A program made the translations under genes and the position numbers. Below are positions 59,944 through 64,000 of a stretch of DNA of 64,000 nt, piece by piece. The notes beneath the pieces are model-generated. The model was not told the origin of the DNA. It worked only from the letters and a program-made list of their open reading frames with translations, and searched no databases. This DNA is from Candidatus Bathyarchaeota archaeon (GTDB lineage: Archaea > Thermoproteota > Bathyarchaeia > Bathyarchaeales > Bathycorpusculaceae), in the NCBI GenBank assembly GCA_963767735.1, contig CAVYES010000005.1:384001-448000 (forward strand). The letters are read 5' to 3'. Position 1 is the stretch's first letter, and each line of letters opens with the position of its first letter.

Positions 59944-60860
59944 TACTGTGCCTCAGAATTTTTTTCGGATAGTTTATCGTAGGTGTCTGGTCGCCGATTT
60001 TTTAGGAACCCCCAGCCTTCTTGAATTTCTTTATTTTTACTAAGATCCACCTTGACAACCAGCACTTCCTCCTCGGTATCGCTGGCTTCTTTTAGCACTT
60101 TTCCAAAAGAGTCACAGACGAATGAACCGCCCCAAAACTTTAGTTGCCCTTCCTCGCCTACCCTATTCACAGCCGCAACATGAACCCCGTTCATTATGGC
60201 GTTGGCACGTTGCACTGTTTTCCAAGCATCATGCCAGTTCCCGTCCGATGAAGTATAGCCTTTAATCCAGCCAATCGCTGTGGGGTAGAAAATGATTTCT
60301 GCGCCCTTGAGTGCGTTGATTCTGGCTGGTTCAGGGAACCATTGGTCGTAGCAGATAAGTACGCCTACACATGCATACTGAGTTTTGTACACCGAGTACC
60401 CCGTGTTGCCTTGATCAAAATAGTTTTTTTCGTAGAACAGAGGGTCATGAGGTAGGTGCACCTTGCGGTAGGAACCCGAGATTTCGCCGTTCGCATCAAT
60501 TATCACAGCTGAGTTGTAGTATTTTCCGTTTGAGCTTTTTTCGAAGATAGGCGCAATTATAACGATCTTCTTTTTTTTCGCCAGCTCCGAGAAAGCTCTT
60601 GTTGATTCTCCTGGAATCGTTTCAGCTAATTCACTGACATCCTTTTTTTCTTCTTGCGGAAAATACTTGGTTCTATACAGTTCTTGAAGACAAACAATTT
60701 GAGCTCCCTTGCGTGAAGCCTCTTCAATTCTTTTAATAGTCTTATTCAAGTTTATGGCAACGTCATCTGAAACAATCGTCTGAATAAGACCAATAATGAC
60801 GATTTTTCTTTTTTCTTCTGTGGCCACAGCCTTTGGGTATGTAATGTCCGTCGAAATCAT
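59943..60860 (-). CDS. aguB: N-carbamoylputrescine amidohydrolase (nitrilase family)
   Basis: E-K-C triad (LQEL, YRKVH, ICYDQWFPE) and YPTAIG; coupled to aguA. Confidence 0.9.
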   Translation of the reverse strand: MISTDITYPKAVATEEKRKIVIIGLIQTIVSDDVAINLNKTIKRIEEASRKGAQIVCLQELYRTKYFPQEEKKDVSELAETIPGESTRAFSELAKKKKIVIIAPIFEKSSNGKYYNSAVIIDANGEISGSYRKVHLPHDPLFYEKNYFDQGNTGYSVYKTQYACVGVLICYDQWFPEPARINALKGAEIIFYPTAIGWIKGYTSSDGNWHDAWKTVQRANAIMNGVHVAAVNRVGEEGQLKFWGGSFVCDSFGKVLKEASDTEEEVLVVKVDLSKNKEIQEGWGFLKNRRPDTYDKLSEKNSEAQ

Positions 60861-61052
60861 TGTGTTTCCTTAATTGCAACTACGTTGCTGGATGTAATAA
60901 CTTTTTTGAACCTAAACTGGAACATTAAGTCAGATCGTAAAAGTTTTTTAGTTGATCAAGGCGAAATTTATGCGTCCCAGTTTACTGATATATATTTTAT
61001 TTAGGAACCCTTAATTTCGTGGTTATTCCTACTAGTTAATGGTTCTGTTTTT

Positions 61053-62315
61053 TTGGGTAAAAAACAAGATGTTACGCTGAAACCGCAACTTTCCCTGTTT
61101 GAGGCTATAGCCACTGGTCTAGCTGCAATCCTTGGCGCAGGCATATTCGCAGTTATAGCTCCTGCTGCCGGTCTAGCTGGACCTGCAATACTTGTTTCTT
61201 TTTGCATTGCAGCGTTCGTGGCGCTTTGCAACGCACTCTCGTCCGTTCAGTTAGCAGCTGCATTTCCTCGCTCAGGAGGCACTTACGAGTTTGGACGCCG
61301 CATGCTAGGCGAAAGATGGGGCTTCATTGCTGGTTGGATGTTTCTGGTCGCGAACACTGTCGGGCCAGGTGTGAGCGCTTTGGCATTTGGTAGTTACCTT
61401 AGCGCTGTATGGCCAGCTATTCCCATGCGCATCGCGGCAATCGGCATTGCCACGGTTATAATTGTGCTTGATGCCTTGGGTATTCGCAGGTCAGTACGCA
61501 TAACCAGTGTAATAGTTATTTTATCTATTGCTTCATTGTTAGCTGTTGCTATAATTGGGCTGCCTTCAGCTCATTTATCTAATTTTCTGCCGTTTGCTCC
61601 AGGAGGAGTTATCGGCGTTCTGCGTGCAACTGGATTGCTTTTCTTTGCCTACACAGGATACAGCCGAATCGCGACACTAGTGGAAGAAGTGAGAAATCCA
61701 AAAAGAACCATTCCAAAAGCCTCGATGATAGCTCTGGGCACGGTTGCTTTACTTTATCTGTTTGTTGCTGGAACAGCAATTGCAGTCTTAGGCGCATCCA
61801 GAGTTGCCAGCTCATCTTCGCCTTTAGAAGCCATGATGATTGCTGTTGGAAGCGGCTTTGGCGTGGCTTTGGTTGCTGGAGGCGCTTTGCTTACCACATT
61901 CAACGAAGGACTTTCTGACCTTTTAGGTGTCTCCCGGGTTGCCTTTGCAATGGGCAGAGAAAGCGATTTACCTCAAGGATTAGCAAAAATGGGCGAGGAT
62001 AAGAACCCTTGGAGAAGTGTAATCTTTGTGGGTGCTATAACTTTGGTGGTTGCTGCTTTTGCCCCGTTAGAAACTGCTGTTGCTGTGTCCAGTTTTGGAA
62101 CCTTACTTTACTACTCCATAACTAACGTTTCTGCACTCAAGCTGCCTGGTGCTCAGCGCCGTTTTCCCCGTCCTCTCGCGGTAGCGGGGCTTATTGGCTG
62201 CTTGGGATTAGCTTTTTTACTCCCACCAGAATATGTTGCAATTGGTTTGGTGATTCTCGCGTTTGGTTTAGCCTTTCGTTTTGTGCGCCAAAGAATTCAG
62301 CGGCAAAATAAATAA
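61053..62315 (+). CDS. APC-family amino acid/polyamine permease
   Basis: GAGIF, PRSGGTY and FFAYTGY; about 12 TM segments. Confidence 0.9.
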   Translation: MGKKQDVTLKPQLSLFEAIATGLAAILGAGIFAVIAPAAGLAGPAILVSFCIAAFVALCNALSSVQLAAAFPRSGGTYEFGRRMLGERWGFIAGWMFLVANTVGPGVSALAFGSYLSAVWPAIPMRIAAIGIATVIIVLDALGIRRSVRITSVIVILSIASLLAVAIIGLPSAHLSNFLPFAPGGVIGVLRATGLLFFAYTGYSRIATLVEEVRNPKRTIPKASMIALGTVALLYLFVAGTAIAVLGASRVASSSSPLEAMMIAVGSGFGVALVAGGALLTTFNEGLSDLLGVSRVAFAMGRESDLPQGLAKMGEDKNPWRSVIFVGAITLVVAAFAPLETAVAVSSFGTLLYYSITNVSALKLPGAQRRFPRPLAVAGLIGCLGLAFLLPPEYVAIGLVILAFGLAFRFVRQRIQRQNK

Positions 62316-62383
62316 GCGTGTCAAGGCATTTTGAAGAAAAGTTTCTTAAAGCATCTTTGCAATAAGGAATAAGGGTTATTGGG

Positions 62384-62842
62384 ATGCTTCAGACAAGCTT
62401 GGATGATTTGGATAAGCGCATACTTAAGTTGTTGCAATTTAACGGTCGGCTTTCATTTGCAGATCTTAGCCGTGAACTAGATGTCGCTGAAGCTACGGTT
62501 AGATTTCGGGTTAGCCGGCTTGTAAGTAACGGTGTCATAACTAGATTTGCAGCTTTGCTTAATCCAGCTAAAGTTGGTATGAAAGTTAGCGGCGCAATCT
62601 TGCTCAAAATTGATCCAGCCTTCTTGGAAGAAGCCTGCAAGCAACTAGTTTCATTTAGCGAAACGCAATACCTGTTTCAAAGCACTGGTGAATACGATGT
62701 GGTTTCGGTGATTGTGGCCCGAGACATGGAACATCTTAATAGCTTGATAAAGAAAACCAAGATCATTCCAGGGGTAAAAGATGCACGAGTATCAGTTACA
62801 ACAAGATTTTTGAAATTTGACCCCAGTATCATCTTGCTATAA
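62384..62842 (+). CDS. Lrp/AsnC transcriptional regulator
   Basis: LDDLDKRILKLL HTH and TGEYD. Confidence 0.92.
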   Translation: MLQTSLDDLDKRILKLLQFNGRLSFADLSRELDVAEATVRFRVSRLVSNGVITRFAALLNPAKVGMKVSGAILLKIDPAFLEEACKQLVSFSETQYLFQSTGEYDVVSVIVARDMEHLNSLIKKTKIIPGVKDARVSVTTRFLKFDPSIILL

Positions 62843-63009
62843 TCTAATCCAGCTACACCAGGGCTTCGGTTTTCTTGCTGAATCCGCAAGAATTTTCGCT
62901 TAATGCTAAGTTTTCCGTAAGGTTAATAGATAGAGCATTGTAACCTAATGTGGGAAAAGAGCTAAGTCCTAAAGGATAAGCAACCGCTTCAAAAATCAAA
63001 CTTGGTGAA

Positions 63010-63567
63010 ATGGTGAAAGAGAATACAAACCAGAATAAAGACGAAAAATTCGAAAATTCGGAACCAAAGCCGGATTCGCATTATTTTAAAATGTCATCGC
63101 CTTTAAGCCTCGACGAAACTGACAGAACAATACTGCAGATACTTCAAGATGACTTTCCCATTGTACAAGAACCTTGGCTTGAAATAAGCAATAGACTCAA
63201 CGTCAGCGAAGGCGAAGTTATATCGCGTTTAAAGCGTCTCATTGAAGCAGGTGCCATCGTAAAGATAGGTCCAGTCTTTGATGGTTCAAGAATCGGTTTA
63301 AAGGCAGCTACTTTAATCGCAATGAAGGTACCGAAAAACAAAGTAAATGATGTTGCACGCGTCATAAACGAGTATGATAACGTTTCCCACAATTACGAAC
63401 GTGAGAATGAATATAATGTGTGGTTTACTCTTGCAGCGTCAAGCAACAGCGAATTAGCCATGATACTGAGCGACATAAAGCAAAAAACGGGCATGACCGA
63501 CTTTGACGTTCTTGACTTGCCCACCATTCGCCGCTTTAAAATAAACGTACATTTCCAGCTAACCTAA
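63010..63567 (+). CDS. ahbA: Siroheme decarboxylase alpha subunit (AhbA/NirD-like)
   Basis: LQDDFPIVQEPW and VSHNYER...YNVWFT; an alternative start lies at 63091. Confidence 0.85.
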   Translation: MVKENTNQNKDEKFENSEPKPDSHYFKMSSPLSLDETDRTILQILQDDFPIVQEPWLEISNRLNVSEGEVISRLKRLIEAGAIVKIGPVFDGSRIGLKAATLIAMKVPKNKVNDVARVINEYDNVSHNYERENEYNVWFTLAASSNSELAMILSDIKQKTGMTDFDVLDLPTIRRFKINVHFQLT

Positions 63568-63591
63568 ACAAATTTTTAAGGTGAAAGAAAC

Positions 63592-64000
63592 TTGGATGAA
63601 ATTGACCGTAAACTTTTAGCTGGCATGGAAAAAGGCATCCCTTTGACAGCAGAGCCCTTCAAAGAAATAGCACTCCAATTAGGAATCACATCGGATGAAG
63701 TGGTTACTCGCTTAAGTAATCTTAAAGAGAAAGGCATGATCAGGCGGTTTGGGGCTTCATTAAAACCTAGCAACATCGGTTTCTTGGCAAATGCCCTTGT
63801 GGCTTGGAAGGTGCCTGAAAACCGCGTTCAAGAAATCGGAGCATCTTTGTCAAAATACCGAGAAATCTCCCATTGCTACGAGCGTAAAGTTGTCAATGGA
63901 AGATGGGATTACAATCTTTACACGGTTATACACGGAAAAGAACGAGAAGTTGTTCAACGTATGGTTAAGGAAATCTCAGGTGAAATCGAAATAAACGAAT
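63592..64000 (+). CDS. ahbB: Siroheme decarboxylase beta subunit (AhbB/NirH-like), runs off the window
   Basis: Manual translation MDEIDRKLL...GIPLTAEPF...ANALVAW...ISHCYER...WDYNLYTVIH. Confidence 0.85.
   Translation, partial: MDEIDRKLLAGMEKGIPLTAEPFKEIALQLGITSDEVVTRLSNLKEKGMIRRFGASLKPSNIGFLANALVAWKVPENRVQEIGASLSKYREISHCYERKVVNGRWDYNLYTVIHGKEREVVQRMVKEISGEIEINE

Noticed and set aside
63010-64000. Additional Lrp/AsnC regulators
   Set aside because: FP/IP...EP and SHxYER motifs in a tandem pair fit siroheme decarboxylase subunits better.

Overview
Chromosomal window from an archaeon. A TACK lineage such as Bathyarchaeia is my inference from protein style and gene order, not from a database search. 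Core content: the rpl22-to-secY ribosomal protein superoperon, leuS, tfb, aIF1/SUI1, tRNA-Gln(TTG), hypFCD plus a convergent hypE, tatC, cmk and rnhA. Accessory content: a frameshifted tyrosine-recombinase 3' end, a vapBC pair, a GT2/radical-SAM block, a membrane-protease/surface-protein block, an arsenic island (arsM, hgcC-like, arsR, ferredoxin, acr3, three arsC), aguAB with a permease and an Lrp regulator, and ahbAB. Single-base frameshifts in essential genes (rpl29, rpl24, rpl32e) indicate indel sequencing errors, so frameshift-based pseudogene calls are weak. The most unusual signals are: (1) small gene cassettes bracketed by decayed tRNA 3'-end direct repeats; (2) a dispersed ~34-bp intergenic motif followed by locus-specific 10-bp-phased repeat arrays; (3) a DUF106/EMC3-type insertase fused to a secreted beta-rich domain; (4) a methyltransferase+regulator module bracketed by a duplicated arsM 3' end; (5) a ~100-nt structured leader before an orphan response regulator; (6) long charged tails on five ribosomal proteins. 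No CRISPR array or rRNA was seen.
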